This document shows, in pieces, positions 10,547-21,165 of a stretch of DNA of 64,000 nucleotides (position 1 is the first letter of the stretch; every line of letters begins with the position of its first letter). The stretch is from a bacterium. Lineage in GTDB: Bacteria > Verrucomicrobiota > Verrucomicrobiia > Chthoniobacterales > UBA6821. Where the stretch lies: positions 34,246-98,245 of the forward strand of contig JBAXTN010000001.1 of the NCBI GenBank assembly GCA_037130175.1. Reading direction: 5' to 3'. A model generated the notes under the pieces. The model ran no database searches. It was not told where the DNA came from and worked only from the letters and a program-made list of their open reading frames with translations. The translations under genes and the position numbers were made by a program.

Positions 10547-11758
10547 ATGTCTCGAAGCTACATCTTCTCCTCTGAATCGGTCGGCGAAGGCCATCCCGAC
10601 AAAGTCTGCGACACAATTTCCGATGCGATTTTGGATGCCTGTCTGGCACTTGACCCAATGAGCCGCGTCGCTTGCGAAACCTACGCCAAGAGCAATATCG
10701 TGGTTGTCGGTGGAGAGATCACTGTGCCAAAACTGAAGGGAGCCTCACTGGAATCTGCGGTCAACATCGGCAAGATTGTCCGCGATGCCATCCGTGAGAT
10801 CGGTTACACGAATGATGACGATGTCTTCCATTCCGACCGCGTCTTCATCAACAACATCATCACCTCGCAGAGTGCTGACATAGCCCAAGGGGTGGATGCG
10901 AAAAAGGCGGAGGGTAAGAAAACCGCCGAAATGGGTGCCGGAGATCAGGGACTGATGTTCGGATATGCCTGCGACGAGACACCTGAGCTGATGCCCGCTC
11001 CCATCATGTATGCACACCGTCTCGGTCGTGAGCTTACCCGCCTGCGCAAGAGCGGTGCTGCCAAGTGGCTCCGTCCGGATGCCAAAAGCCAGGTCTCGGT
11101 CGAATATGTCGATGGCAAGCCGACACGGGTCGTCAATGTCGTGATCTCGACTCAACACGCCGATGGAGTCTCCCACAAGGAGATCGAGAAGTTCTGCATC
11201 GATAAAGTCATCCGCAAGGTGATTCCGGCCAAGATGCTTACCAAGCAGACAGAGTTTCTGATCAATCCTACCGGTCGATTTGTCATCGGGGGCCCACAGG
11301 GCGACACGGGTCTCACTGGGCGCAAAATCATCGTTGATACCTATGGTGGCATGGGCCGTCATGGTGGAGGTGCTTTCTCCGGAAAGGATCCCACAAAGGT
11401 CGATCGCTCAGCCGCCTACATGGGGCGTTATGTTGCCAAGAATGTCGTGGCAGCTGGTCTGGCAGCCCGGTGCGAAGTGCAGTTTGCCTACGCCATCGGT
11501 CATCCTGATCCTGTCTCGATCCACATTGATACCTTCGGTACGGCAACAGTTCCCGAAGAGGCAATTGAGACTGCGGTCAAAAAAACCTTTGGCTTCAAGC
11601 CGGCAGAAATCATCAGCCAGCTCAAACTCCGTCGCCCGATCTATTCCCAGACGACCAACTATGGACACTTCGGCAAGGAAGGCGCCGACATCTCGTGGGA
11701 AAAAACCGACAAGGCGGCCACTCTCAAAAAGGCCGCACTCGCCGCTGCCAAGCTGTAA
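10547..11758 (+). CDS. metK: S-adenosylmethionine synthetase
   Basis: [32 protein letters not shown]; start ATG at 10547. Confidence 0.98.
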   Translation: MSRSYIFSSESVGEGHPDKVCDTISDAILDACLALDPMSRVACETYAKSNIVVVGGEITVPKLKGASLESAVNIGKIVRDAIREIGYTNDDDVFHSDRVFINNIITSQSADIAQGVDAKKAEGKKTAEMGAGDQGLMFGYACDETPELMPAPIMYAHRLGRELTRLRKSGAAKWLRPDAKSQVSVEYVDGKPTRVVNVVISTQHADGVSHKEIEKFCIDKVIRKVIPAKMLTKQTEFLINPTGRFVIGGPQGDTGLTGRKIIVDTYGGMGRHGGGAFSGKDPTKVDRSAAYMGRYVAKNVVAAGLAARCEVQFAYAIGHPDPVSIHIDTFGTATVPEEAIETAVKKTFGFKPAEIISQLKLRRPIYSQTTNYGHFGKEGADISWEKTDKAATLKKAALAAAKL

Positions 11759-11802
11759 CCCTTTCCTCCTCTTCAACCACGACACAACCCAACAACTTCA
11801 CA

Positions 11803-13212
11803 ATGAGCACCACAGATTATAAAGTAGCAGACATCACTCTCGCCGAGTGGGGTCGCAAGGAAATCGTCATCGCCGAGCAGGAAATGCCCGGCCTTATGTC
11901 CATCCGAAAAAAATACGCATCGGAAAAGCCTCTTAAAGGTGTCCGCATCACCGGCTCCCTCCACATGACGATTCAGACTGCGGTCTTGATTGAGACTCTT
12001 ACCGAATTGGGCGCTGATGTCCGCTGGGCCAGCTGCAACATTTTCTCCACGCAGGATCAGGCCGCGGCAGCGATTGCCGTGACCGGAGTTCCTGTTTTTG
12101 CCTGGAAGGGCGAGAGCTTAGAAGAATATTGGTGGTGCACCTATAAGGCGATCTCCTTTGATGGCGGCAAGGGCCCCGAGATGGTGGTCGATGATGGTGG
12201 CGATGTCACCCTGCTCCTGCACAAGGGCTTTGAACTTGAAGAGGGTGATGGCTGGGTGAACACCCCATCCGGTAATCACGAGGAGCAGGTCATCAAGGAT
12301 CTTCTCAAGAAAGTCCATGCCGAGAATCCAACCCGCTGGCACGACATGGTCAAGGATTGGCGCGGTGTCTCCGAGGAGACCACGACCGGAGTTCACCGCC
12401 TCTACAAGCTTCACGAGAAGGGCAAACTCCTTGTTCCTGCGTTCAATGTGAATGACTCCGTCACGAAGTCAAAATTTGACAACCTCTATGGCTGTCGCCA
12501 CTCGCTCGTCGACGGACTGAACCGTGCGATGGATGTGATGATCTCCGGCAAGGTCGCAGTGATCTGCGGCTACGGCGATGTGGGCAAGGGCAGTGCCCAG
12601 TCTCTCCGTGGTCAGGGAGCACGCGTGATCATCACCGAGATCGATCCGATCAATGCACTTCAGGCAGCCATGGAAGGCTACGAGGTCACCACGCTTGAGG
12701 ATACCCTCGGCCGTGCCGACATCTATGTGACGACCACGGGAAATGTGGGAGTGATCTCCTACGAGCACATGAAGCGCATGAAAGATCAGGCCGTGATTTG
12801 CAATATCGGACACTTCGACAACGAAATCGAAGTGGACAAGCTTCAGGGGGACAAGAGCGTCAAGCGCACCAATATCAAGCCCCAGGTGGACAAATACACT
12901 TTCCCTAATGGCAATGAAATCTTCCTGCTCGCCGAGGGCCGCCTAGTCAACCTTGGCTGCGCCACCGGTCATCCTAGCTTTGTCATGAGTGCCAGCTTCA
13001 GCAACCAAACCCTCGCCCAGCTGGAGCTCTGGAAAAATCGCAACACCTACAAGCCCGGCGTCTATGTCCTGCCAAAAATTCTTGACGAGGAAGTCGCACG
13101 TCTCCATCTCGAGAAGATCGGCGTGAAGCTCACAACCCTCACCAAGGATCAGGCCGAGTATCTTGATGTCTCGGTCGATGGTCCCTACAAGGCAGCTCAC
13201 TACCGCTACTAG
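11803..13212 (+). CDS. ahcY: S-adenosylhomocysteine hydrolase
   Basis: [53 protein letters not shown]. Confidence 0.98.
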   Translation: MSTTDYKVADITLAEWGRKEIVIAEQEMPGLMSIRKKYASEKPLKGVRITGSLHMTIQTAVLIETLTELGADVRWASCNIFSTQDQAAAAIAVTGVPVFAWKGESLEEYWWCTYKAISFDGGKGPEMVVDDGGDVTLLLHKGFELEEGDGWVNTPSGNHEEQVIKDLLKKVHAENPTRWHDMVKDWRGVSEETTTGVHRLYKLHEKGKLLVPAFNVNDSVTKSKFDNLYGCRHSLVDGLNRAMDVMISGKVAVICGYGDVGKGSAQSLRGQGARVIITEIDPINALQAAMEGYEVTTLEDTLGRADIYVTTTGNVGVISYEHMKRMKDQAVICNIGHFDNEIEVDKLQGDKSVKRTNIKPQVDKYTFPNGNEIFLLAEGRLVNLGCATGHPSFVMSASFSNQTLAQLELWKNRNTYKPGVYVLPKILDEEVARLHLEKIGVKLTTLTKDQAEYLDVSVDGPYKAAHYRY

Positions 13213-13251
13213 GCAAGCGACCGTACAGTAAAACTCTAAGAGCAGAATCTT

Positions 13252-13296
13252 CCCCCCGGCTCATCCACAAAAAGGATGACCGGGGGGCATTTTTTT
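13252..13296 (+). terminator. Rho-independent terminator after ahcY
   Basis: CCCCCCGG(C)TCATCC-ACAAAAA-GGATGACCGGGGGG followed by a T-run. Confidence 0.85.
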
Positions 13297-13340
13297 AATT
13301 GTCATGCTTCATGGCATGTTTCTTGCTCGATTGAAAAACA

Positions 13341-14885
13341 GTGAAAAACATTTCAAAAATCTTCAAAACGCCCCCTGCCGATTCTCAATCAGCCTTCCCT
13401 GATGTCGTTCTCGTGGGTGCTGGTATCATGAGTGCCACGCTTGGGGTGCTTCTCAAAGAACTCCAGCCTGAGCTCTCCATCGAGATTTTTGAATCACTTC
13501 ACCGCGTTGCGTTGGAAAGTTCCGATGCTTGGAACAACGCCGGAACTGGTCATGCCGCACTCTGCGAATTGAATTACACTCCGCAGAGGGTTGACGGTTC
13601 CGTCGATTGCAGCAAGGCGATCGGAATCAATGAGTCCTTCCAGATTTCACTGCAACTCTGGTCCTATCTCGTGGAACGAAACCGCATCGTCATGCCGGAG
13701 AATTTCATCCGTTCAGTTCCTCATCTGAGCTTCGTCAAGGGAGAGGCTGATTGTGATTATCTCAGGAAGCGCCATGCCGAACTGACTCTCAACCATCTCT
13801 TTGAGGGAATGGAATTTTCCGACAAGCCTGAAAAACTCCGTGACTGGATGCCTCTTGTTATGCAGAACCGGGATGATCACGAACCGGTGGCTGCAACCCG
13901 CACCGCTGATGGCACCGATGTGAACTACGGAGCCCTTACCCGCGGCATGATGGAGTATTTAAGCACACTCGATGGCGTCACCCTTCATCTCAACCACGAA
14001 GTGAGCAATATTGAGCGAAACAAAGACAACTCTTGGCGGATTGAAGTGAAGGACAAAATCACAACAAACAAGCGCAGCATCAACACCAACTTTGTCTTTC
14101 TTGGAGCTGGAGGCGGAGCACTTCCGCTGCTCCAAAAATCAGGAATTCCGGAGGGCAAAGGCTTTGGAGGTTTTCCCATCAGCGGACAATGGCTCCGCTG
14201 CACAAACCCTGAATTAATCGAACAACACAATGCCAAAGTCTATGGCAAAGCCTCCGTGGGAGCACCACCGATGTCCGTTCCCCATCTTGACACCAGAATG
14301 ATCGATGGTGAAAAGGGGCTTCTCTTCGGCCCCTTTGCAGGATTCACGACCAAATATCTAAAAAACGGTTCCCTGCTTGATTTTCCCCTCTCGATGAAAC
14401 CTGACAACATGATTCCCATGACGGCTGCGGGACTTCGAAATATACCCCTCACCACCTATCTCATCGGACAGGTTCTTCAATCGCCGAGGGATCGTCTTGA
14501 TGCCCTCAGAGATTTTATTCCCGACGCCAAATTGGAAGACTGGACATTGGAACATGCAGGTCAGCGCGTACAAGTCATCAAGAAGGATCCAAAGAAAGGA
14601 GGAACTCTTCAATTCGGCACAGAGGTCATCTGTGCCGCGGACGGCTCTCTTTCCGCCCTGCTGGGAGCTTCCCCGGGAGCATCCACCTCCGTTTCCATTA
14701 TGTTGACTCTTCTCGACAATTGCTTCCCTGAAAAAATCGTCTCGGGAGAATGGAAGAGCAAGCTGGAGGAAATGATCCCATCCTATGGTCAATCACTCGC
14801 CGGAGATGCCGAACTCCATGAGCGGATCTCCAACTGGACGCACGAAGTGCTCGATCTGGGTGACTCGGTAAAAGCAGGTTGCTAG
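13341..14885 (+). CDS. mqo: Malate:quinone oxidoreductase
   Basis: VGAGIMSATLG, WNNAGTGHAALCELNYT, GAPPMSVPHLDTR, LGASPGAST. Confidence 0.96.
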   Translation: MKNISKIFKTPPADSQSAFPDVVLVGAGIMSATLGVLLKELQPELSIEIFESLHRVALESSDAWNNAGTGHAALCELNYTPQRVDGSVDCSKAIGINESFQISLQLWSYLVERNRIVMPENFIRSVPHLSFVKGEADCDYLRKRHAELTLNHLFEGMEFSDKPEKLRDWMPLVMQNRDDHEPVAATRTADGTDVNYGALTRGMMEYLSTLDGVTLHLNHEVSNIERNKDNSWRIEVKDKITTNKRSINTNFVFLGAGGGALPLLQKSGIPEGKGFGGFPISGQWLRCTNPELIEQHNAKVYGKASVGAPPMSVPHLDTRMIDGEKGLLFGPFAGFTTKYLKNGSLLDFPLSMKPDNMIPMTAAGLRNIPLTTYLIGQVLQSPRDRLDALRDFIPDAKLEDWTLEHAGQRVQVIKKDPKKGGTLQFGTEVICAADGSLSALLGASPGASTSVSIMLTLLDNCFPEKIVSGEWKSKLEEMIPSYGQSLAGDAELHERISNWTHEVLDLGDSVKAGC

Positions 14886-14947
14886 GGGTGAAGTGCGGCG
14901 GCAAATAGGGCTACACTTTTGCCTTAAGCGGTCTTCCGACACCGTTT

Positions 14948-16957
14948 TTACTTCAAACGAAGCGTCAAAAGCATCAAGGCGTTTGCAGGAACATTGACGC
15001 TAAAATCTGAAGAAGCGTTGTGAATCGTCCCCTTTACCGGAACGACGGCGTTCGGCTTTTCAATCGAGTTGAGCTGATCCGGATTATCAGCGTGGAGGAT
15101 GATGGTCTCAGCTTCCGGCTCGATTCCCACTCCTTCACCCAAGTTGATCTTCACCTCCCGGGGAACCTTCTGCACATTGACCAGTTTGATGTAGATCAAC
15201 CCCTTTGCTGTGTCCCTCGTCACCGAGTAGCAGAGTTGCTGATCGGGAGCGGAACTCTCGCCGGTTAAATTCGCCGCAGCGACGGAATCTCCACGGTGTG
15301 TATTGAAAAGGGCCTGCGCATGCCATGCTGGAGAGACAAAGCTGGAAAGGGCATCATAACCGATCAGGTTGGGTTTCCACTGTGAGGCATCGGGATTCAC
15401 ATTCACTAGTAACGGCGCGTAGCACTGCATGACGATCAGGTCGGCGTTGCGTTCCATCGCGCACATCCAGGCTGCATCACCGAGTGCCTGGGAAAAATTT
15501 GGCGTTGTGGATGATTTGCTCTGCTTGGACCAGGGATCTAATCCCGTCGTGGCCCATTCGCCAACAAAGATCTTTGGTCCGTTTCGATCCACATGATCGT
15601 AATGGTGAAAATCTTTCACAAAGGCATCTGGCTTTCGGTAGAAGTGATCATCCACCACATCGGGTTTCCTGCTTTTTACAGGAATCGTGGCTATCAGTTG
15701 GAGCTCGGGATACTTCGCCTTGATCGCATCATAAAACTGGGCAAATCGCCCATCATAGCTCTTGGACTTGTCGAACATGTCCTCGTTCCCAATTTCGATA
15801 TACTTGAGCTTGAAGGGTTCGGGATGTCCGTCTTTGGCGCGCAAGGCTCCCCAATGGGAGCTCTTCGCATCACCTGTCAGATACTCGATCTCATCGAGAG
15901 CATCCTGAACATAAGAATCAAGCAGCGGTCCGGCACAGACAGGCTGCTGGTGCATGGAGTAACCGGCGAAGACCGCAAGCACCGGCTCCATACCGAGGTC
16001 TTCACACCAGCCCATGAACTCCAAGAGCCCGAATCCGTCCGAAGAACGGTAGTGCCAGCAGCATTGGTGACCGGGACGAAACTCCAGCGGTCCGCGCATC
16101 TGCTTCCAGTCAAAGCGTTCCCAGAGGTTGTCCCCTTCCAGATAGTTCCCTCCGGGGAAGCGGAGAAACTGAGGATGAAGATCAGCAAGTTTTTCCATCA
16201 GATCAGTCCGCGTGCCATTCGGACGATCCTTATAAGTCGGCGGAAAGAGTGAAACGAGACTCAGATTGAAGAAACCGGGCGCAGCAGCGCTGATAACAAA
16301 CTGATTCTCCTTGCTTGCAATCACATCGTGGCCGGTCTTGAGAGTCAGTTCGATTTTCTGCCATTCGCCAGTCAACGCAGGTGACTCCGAGGTGGCATAC
16401 ACCTTGGCTCCATCCGCACTCTTTAATGAAATACCCAACGGCGAACGGAAGAGAGGAAGGGGAGGATTCGTCCCCTCGTGTTTACCATTCCACTTGCTGC
16501 TCCATTCATTGTTCCCCTTGGCCCAAAAAACAACCTTGTAGATCGTGTCGGGCTGCACTGGGATGCCCCAGTAGCCTGCGTTTGAAATCAAAATCGGATG
16601 GTTCGTAGCTACCTTGGAAATATCGACTTGAAGACTATTGGGCAACTTGTCCGTTAATGGAAAATCCCTTGTCACACTCATTGTCGCACGGGCATTGGTC
16701 GGAACACTGATCGACCAGCCATCGGCATTGGTCTCATTGTCTCTGAAAACTCGGTTACGGATCAGCTCGGCATAGAGACCACCGTCGTAGGAATGATTGA
16801 TCTCTTCGGTCATCAATCCTGCATAGGTCGGAGCAAAGAGCTTCGCCGGAGCCTTGAGGTCAATCTGAAGTTCTGTAACCGGAGGATTCCCGGCGTAAAC
16901 GGTCGAAAAGGATGCCAGCAGCGCCATCAGAACATATTTGGCGACAGATCGATTCAC
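14948..16957 (-). CDS. Secreted GH51 alpha-L-arabinofuranosidase
   Basis: Signal peptide; EEINHSYDGGLYAEL, LRFPGGNYLEG, IEIGNED, FVGEWA, YAPLLVN. Confidence 0.9.
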   Translation of the reverse strand: MNRSVAKYVLMALLASFSTVYAGNPPVTELQIDLKAPAKLFAPTYAGLMTEEINHSYDGGLYAELIRNRVFRDNETNADGWSISVPTNARATMSVTRDFPLTDKLPNSLQVDISKVATNHPILISNAGYWGIPVQPDTIYKVVFWAKGNNEWSSKWNGKHEGTNPPLPLFRSPLGISLKSADGAKVYATSESPALTGEWQKIELTLKTGHDVIASKENQFVISAAAPGFFNLSLVSLFPPTYKDRPNGTRTDLMEKLADLHPQFLRFPGGNYLEGDNLWERFDWKQMRGPLEFRPGHQCCWHYRSSDGFGLLEFMGWCEDLGMEPVLAVFAGYSMHQQPVCAGPLLDSYVQDALDEIEYLTGDAKSSHWGALRAKDGHPEPFKLKYIEIGNEDMFDKSKSYDGRFAQFYDAIKAKYPELQLIATIPVKSRKPDVVDDHFYRKPDAFVKDFHHYDHVDRNGPKIFVGEWATTGLDPWSKQSKSSTTPNFSQALGDAAWMCAMERNADLIVMQCYAPLLVNVNPDASQWKPNLIGYDALSSFVSPAWHAQALFNTHRGDSVAAANLTGESSAPDQQLCYSVTRDTAKGLIYIKLVNVQKVPREVKINLGEGVGIEPEAETIILHADNPDQLNSIEKPNAVVPVKGTIHNASSDFSVNVPANALMLLTLRLK

Positions 16958-17073
16958 AGGGATGTCATTACATTTTTTCTACAAGCTTCTGGCAAACTAA
17001 AAAGCCGAGAGGAGGAATCTACCCGTTCAGATGATCCATAAAGGATAAATATCTCCACCCCATGATGATCGAG

Positions 17074-17105
17074 TTGTGAAGGGTTGCTCAGGCAACCCTT
17101 CACAA
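17074..17105 (-). terminator. Perfect 14-bp hairpin downstream of the Gfo/Idh/MocA gene (probable terminator)
   Basis: TTGTGAAGGGTTGC-TCAG-GCAACCCTTCACAA. Confidence 0.75.
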
Positions 17106-17125
17106 ATTCGTACCGCTAAAAATGA

Positions 17126-18280
17126 CTAGCCGAGTTTCGGCACATCGAGCCAACGCCTTTCTTCCCAAGACTGGATCCCCAGTTCGGCAAGCTGGACTCC
17201 TTTTGCACCCTGAAGAAGATTCCATGGGAAGGGATCATTCTTGACGACATGCTTGAGGAAAAGCTCCCACTGCACCTTGAAGGCATTGTCATAAGTGTCG
17301 TTGGATGGCACCCGTGTCCAGCCATCCTTATAATCAATCGGACTGTCAATATCGGGATTCCAGATGCAACGGGGTGTCGCTGCGAGGGACTGGGCCTTGC
17401 AATCACGAAGTCCGGCAACGGCAGAGCCATGCGTGCCATCGACTTGCAGGGTCAGTAAATCCTCACGGTTCACCCTAACGCTCCAAGAGGAGTTGAAGTG
17501 GCAAATGACGCCGTTTTCCAACTCGAAGGTGGCATAGGCGGAGTCGTCGGCGGTGCACTTGTAAGTCTTGCCCTGCTCATCCCAGCGTTCGGGAATATGC
17601 GTGGCACCGAGACAGGTGAGTGACTTGATCTCACCGAAAAGATTCTGGATCACATACTGCCAGTGACAGAGCATGTCGACGATGATGCCTCCATCATCCT
17701 CCTTGCGGTAATTCCACGAGGGGCGCTGGAGTTTCTCAAACTCGCCGGTGAAAACCCAGTAACCGAACTCGCCTCTTACCGAAAGAATTTTGCCAAAGAA
17801 ACCCGTGTCGATGAGGTATTTCAGCTTCAGGAGGCCGGGAAGCCAGAGCTTGTCCTGCACCACGCCGTTCTTGAGTCCAGCAGCAGTGACTTCATTGAAA
17901 AGAGCGAGCGCCTCCTCGGAAGTCGTGGCCGTCGGCTTCTCGCAGTAGATATGCTTCCCAGCCTTGATCGCCTTGCGCACCCCGTCGGGCCGTTGTCCGG
18001 TGAGGGTGGAATCAAAATAGATCTGGTTATTGGGATCGGCCAAAACGGCATCAAGATCAGTCGAGATGCGGTCTTCGGGGAGTCCGGCTCTTTTGGCAAG
18101 GGCAACAAGCTTGGAAGCACTGCGACCGACCAGAATCGGATCGGGCATGATGATCTCATTGTCTCCAAGGCGGATGCCCCCCTGGTCGATGATGGCCTTG
18201 ATGGAGCGGAGCAGATGCTGGTTGGTGCCCATGCGTCCGGTGACGCCGTTCATGATGATGCCGATGCGGTGTTCTTTCAT
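17126..18280 (-). CDS. Gfo/Idh/MocA-family oxidoreductase
   Basis: GIIMNGVTGRMG, HIYCEKP, GGIIVDMLCHW; likely start ATG at 18280. Confidence 0.9.
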   Translation of the reverse strand: MKEHRIGIIMNGVTGRMGTNQHLLRSIKAIIDQGGIRLGDNEIIMPDPILVGRSASKLVALAKRAGLPEDRISTDLDAVLADPNNQIYFDSTLTGQRPDGVRKAIKAGKHIYCEKPTATTSEEALALFNEVTAAGLKNGVVQDKLWLPGLLKLKYLIDTGFFGKILSVRGEFGYWVFTGEFEKLQRPSWNYRKEDDGGIIVDMLCHWQYVIQNLFGEIKSLTCLGATHIPERWDEQGKTYKCTADDSAYATFELENGVICHFNSSWSVRVNREDLLTLQVDGTHGSAVAGLRDCKAQSLAATPRCIWNPDIDSPIDYKDGWTRVPSNDTYDNAFKVQWELFLKHVVKNDPFPWNLLQGAKGVQLAELGIQSWEERRWLDVPKLG

Positions 18281-18324
18281 AAGGTTGGTTGGTGGAGGTT
18301 TGTTCTTTCTGGTGGGAGTAAAAA

Positions 18325-18771
18325 TTATTCCGGTTTCTTGGTGCACTGCGGCTGCGCCCCCTGGGGAAGTGCCGGGACATCGACTCCGGCGACGGGGAGC
18401 GTGCCTTCGAGTTCCTGCCTCCAATGAGCGACATCTCCGGCAGGGCCATAGACATAAATCATGCGAAGCGGTGTGCTGCCGACATTGGTAAGTTGATGAA
18501 AAACACCCGAGGGAATATAGACAGCCTGACCTGTGCTCACTGCCTTGCGTTCACTCCCGAGACACATCTCCCCATCACCCTCGACGATAAAATAGACCTC
18601 TTCCTGCTCCTGATTGTGCCAGGGCACCTGTCCACCGTTGGGCTCCAGGGTGACATTGCCCATGGCGAAGTTGGTGGCCTGAACCGGGGCTGCCCCACCG
18701 ACGATGTTTTGAGTGCGACGGCGGGCGGGATAGGTGCGGCCTGCAATTTGTGAAAGGTCGGAAATGATCAT
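18325..18771 (-). CDS. Cupin-domain protein
   Basis: PWHNQEQEEVYFIVEGDG ... GQAVYIPSGVFHQLTN. Confidence 0.88.
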   Translation of the reverse strand: MIISDLSQIAGRTYPARRRTQNIVGGAAPVQATNFAMGNVTLEPNGGQVPWHNQEQEEVYFIVEGDGEMCLGSERKAVSTGQAVYIPSGVFHQLTNVGSTPLRMIYVYGPAGDVAHWRQELEGTLPVAGVDVPALPQGAQPQCTKKPE

Positions 18772-18851
18772 TGTTGGACGACAGTTGGATTTCTTTGGAT
18801 GGCTGGCTAAGGGAGATTAAGTGAATCGACAGAGCAAATCAGGCTTGGTTC

Positions 18852-20234
18852 CTAGACTTTGCCGAAGAAGGTAAGATACGGAAGTCCCTCGGCTTCGCGC
18901 TTGATGTAGAGGGCCAGCTCACGAAGGTGGTAGTCCCCCCATTGGGCGGATTCGCCACAGGGAACTTTCTGACCCGCCGGAATGTGATCCCAGCCATTGG
19001 GACGATGATAGACCGTGTGCAGGAGCAGTCCCTCATGTTTCGGATCCAGACTCAGGTAAGGCTCGGAGAAGAGCGTGCGCGATGCGGTCAGTCCAGCCGC
19101 AGCGTAGCGGGAACCTTCCTCAGTCTTTCCATGACGGGTCAGATAACGACCAAGCCGCAGCAACCCTTGCGCCCCGATCGCAGCCGCGGAGCTGTCAACC
19201 GGCTCGTAGTCATTGAACGGCTCTGCCGGACGGTCATTGTAATCACCCAGATGAACAAGTCCCGGAGCACCCGTATCCCAGTAGGGAATGCCGTCGGTCG
19301 GCGTCTCGCGGATATAAAATTCTGCAACGGCTTTGGAGACTTCAAGGAAGCGGTCGAGGATTGCCTGCTTTCCACCGAAGGGAGCTAATTCTTCGTCAGG
19401 GAGTCGCTCGATAAATTCCATCTGCTCCGGATATCCGCAGAGAATCCATGCGAGTCCGCGCGTCCATGTCGAGAAGGGGGTATATCCCTGCTGGGTCGAT
19501 GGACAACGGTAGTTTCCATCATTCGTGTTGAAGATCGATTCGTGGACGACACGACCTGGGAGATCGTAGATGTCGCGTCCCTTGCCAAAATAGACATTGT
19601 AGCGGGCCGTCGTCTCGGCGTGCTGGATGATGCGACTAAGGAGATTGGCCGCCCTGTCATTCTCACCCATGAGGCGATGACCCAGTTGATGACTCACAGC
19701 CAGAGCCCGGAGGGATCGAACCGTGTCTGAGAAGAGGGAGTGCGGACCATTGAAAGAATAGATGTATCCCAGTTCCGGCGTCAGCTGTGTCCAGCGCGAA
19801 GCCTGCACGGCACCACTGGCCTTGAGCGCAAGATCATAGAAATGGCCCTCCCACTCGTTGGCTGGCAGACGGCCCTCCTGAAGCAGACGGCGGAGATTGC
19901 CGTAGGTGCTGACATTGTTGAACCCATGATCATGCACCCCGATGTGGGTGAGATGTGGAGCCATGAGGCGAAGGGTTCCCTCGCGTCCGATGCGCAGCAT
20001 TTCCTCATCACCCGTGGCATCGAACTGGAGAATCGCCGCCCCGTATTGGAATCCCTGCGTCCATTCCGTCCATCCACGGGAAGTATATTTTCCCTCAATG
20101 GTAAAGACAGGTGTGCCATCGGAATCCTTCCAGCGTTTTTGAAGATTGGCTATCTTTGGAGCGGACGCTTCAAAGACCTGGTCGGCAGCGGACTTCAGTG
20201 AAACGGGAGTAAGCGTGGTGTCGATCTGAATCAT
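18852..20234 (-). CDS. GH88-like (unsaturated glucuronyl hydrolase-like) protein, no signal peptide
   Basis: WTQGF, HDHGF, TWTRGLAW, PYWD, DSSAAAI, WGDY. Confidence 0.8.
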   Translation of the reverse strand: MIQIDTTLTPVSLKSAADQVFEASAPKIANLQKRWKDSDGTPVFTIEGKYTSRGWTEWTQGFQYGAAILQFDATGDEEMLRIGREGTLRLMAPHLTHIGVHDHGFNNVSTYGNLRRLLQEGRLPANEWEGHFYDLALKASGAVQASRWTQLTPELGYIYSFNGPHSLFSDTVRSLRALAVSHQLGHRLMGENDRAANLLSRIIQHAETTARYNVYFGKGRDIYDLPGRVVHESIFNTNDGNYRCPSTQQGYTPFSTWTRGLAWILCGYPEQMEFIERLPDEELAPFGGKQAILDRFLEVSKAVAEFYIRETPTDGIPYWDTGAPGLVHLGDYNDRPAEPFNDYEPVDSSAAAIGAQGLLRLGRYLTRHGKTEEGSRYAAAGLTASRTLFSEPYLSLDPKHEGLLLHTVYHRPNGWDHIPAGQKVPCGESAQWGDYHLRELALYIKREAEGLPYLTFFGKV

Positions 20235-20276
20235 GATGTTGGGAGGTGGAGGGTAGAAACAAGGGGATGGGGTTTA

Positions 20277-21065
20277 TCAGAGACGGCGGAGATGGAAACC
20301 TCCATCGAGATAGATGACATCGCCTGTGCTGAAGGGGAAATCACCACGGCAGATCGCCTTCACGGCAAGCCCGACATCCTGTGGATTCCCCCAGCGGCGT
20401 TGTGGCACCAACCCATCTTCAATCAGCGCGTCGTACTTGCCCTTCACCCCGCTCGTCATATCCGTCGCCATGATGCCGGGACGGAGTTCGAGCACCTGCA
20501 CCCCTTCGGCGGCGAGACGCGTGGCCCAGAGCTGTGAGGCCATCGCCAGCCCCGCTTTGGAAATACAATAGTCACCGCGGTTCACGGAGGCTGTGGAAGC
20601 GGAGATGGAAGTCACAAAGATCAGCTTGTACCCGCCCGAGAGACGGGAAGCTCCCGGATTCTTAAGCCAGAACTGTGCCGCGCTTTGACTCAAAAAATAG
20701 GGCCCCTTCAGATTCACCGAGATCAGTTCGTCAAAGCTTGATTCACTCGCCTCGGTAATGTCGGCGCGTTCACGCGGCGCCATGCCGGCGTTGTTGACCA
20801 GGGCATCCAGATGGCCGAGTTCGTCAAGAACGCGTGCCATCATGGCGGCACGCTCCGTATTGGAACCAAGCTGGGCTGAAACAGGAAGGAAGCGTTGCTC
20901 CGGACTCAGCGCCACCGCCTTGCAGGCGGCCACAGTCTCTTCGGCAGCGGTACTGTTGGCGGCGTAATGAATCGCGAGGTCATATCCCTCGGCGGCAAGA
21001 GTGAGGGCAATGCCACGGCCAAGCCCACGACTGGCTCCGGTGACGAGAATGACAGGTCTGCTCAT
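20277..21065 (-). CDS. Short-chain dehydrogenase/reductase
   Basis: TGASRGLG, NNAG, YCISKAG (YxxxK), RPGIMATDMT. Confidence 0.9.
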   Translation of the reverse strand: MSRPVILVTGASRGLGRGIALTLAAEGYDLAIHYAANSTAAEETVAACKAVALSPEQRFLPVSAQLGSNTERAAMMARVLDELGHLDALVNNAGMAPRERADITEASESSFDELISVNLKGPYFLSQSAAQFWLKNPGASRLSGGYKLIFVTSISASTASVNRGDYCISKAGLAMASQLWATRLAAEGVQVLELRPGIMATDMTSGVKGKYDALIEDGLVPQRRWGNPQDVGLAVKAICRGDFPFSTGDVIYLDGGFHLRRL

Positions 21066-21165
21066 GGGGGGAAATCGTTGCAGAACCATTCCCTGCTGTC
21101 ATTGGCAGAAAACGCTTTTAATAGCATTAAATCGACTTTATTTTTGTCCTAGTTTTTAAGTTCTA

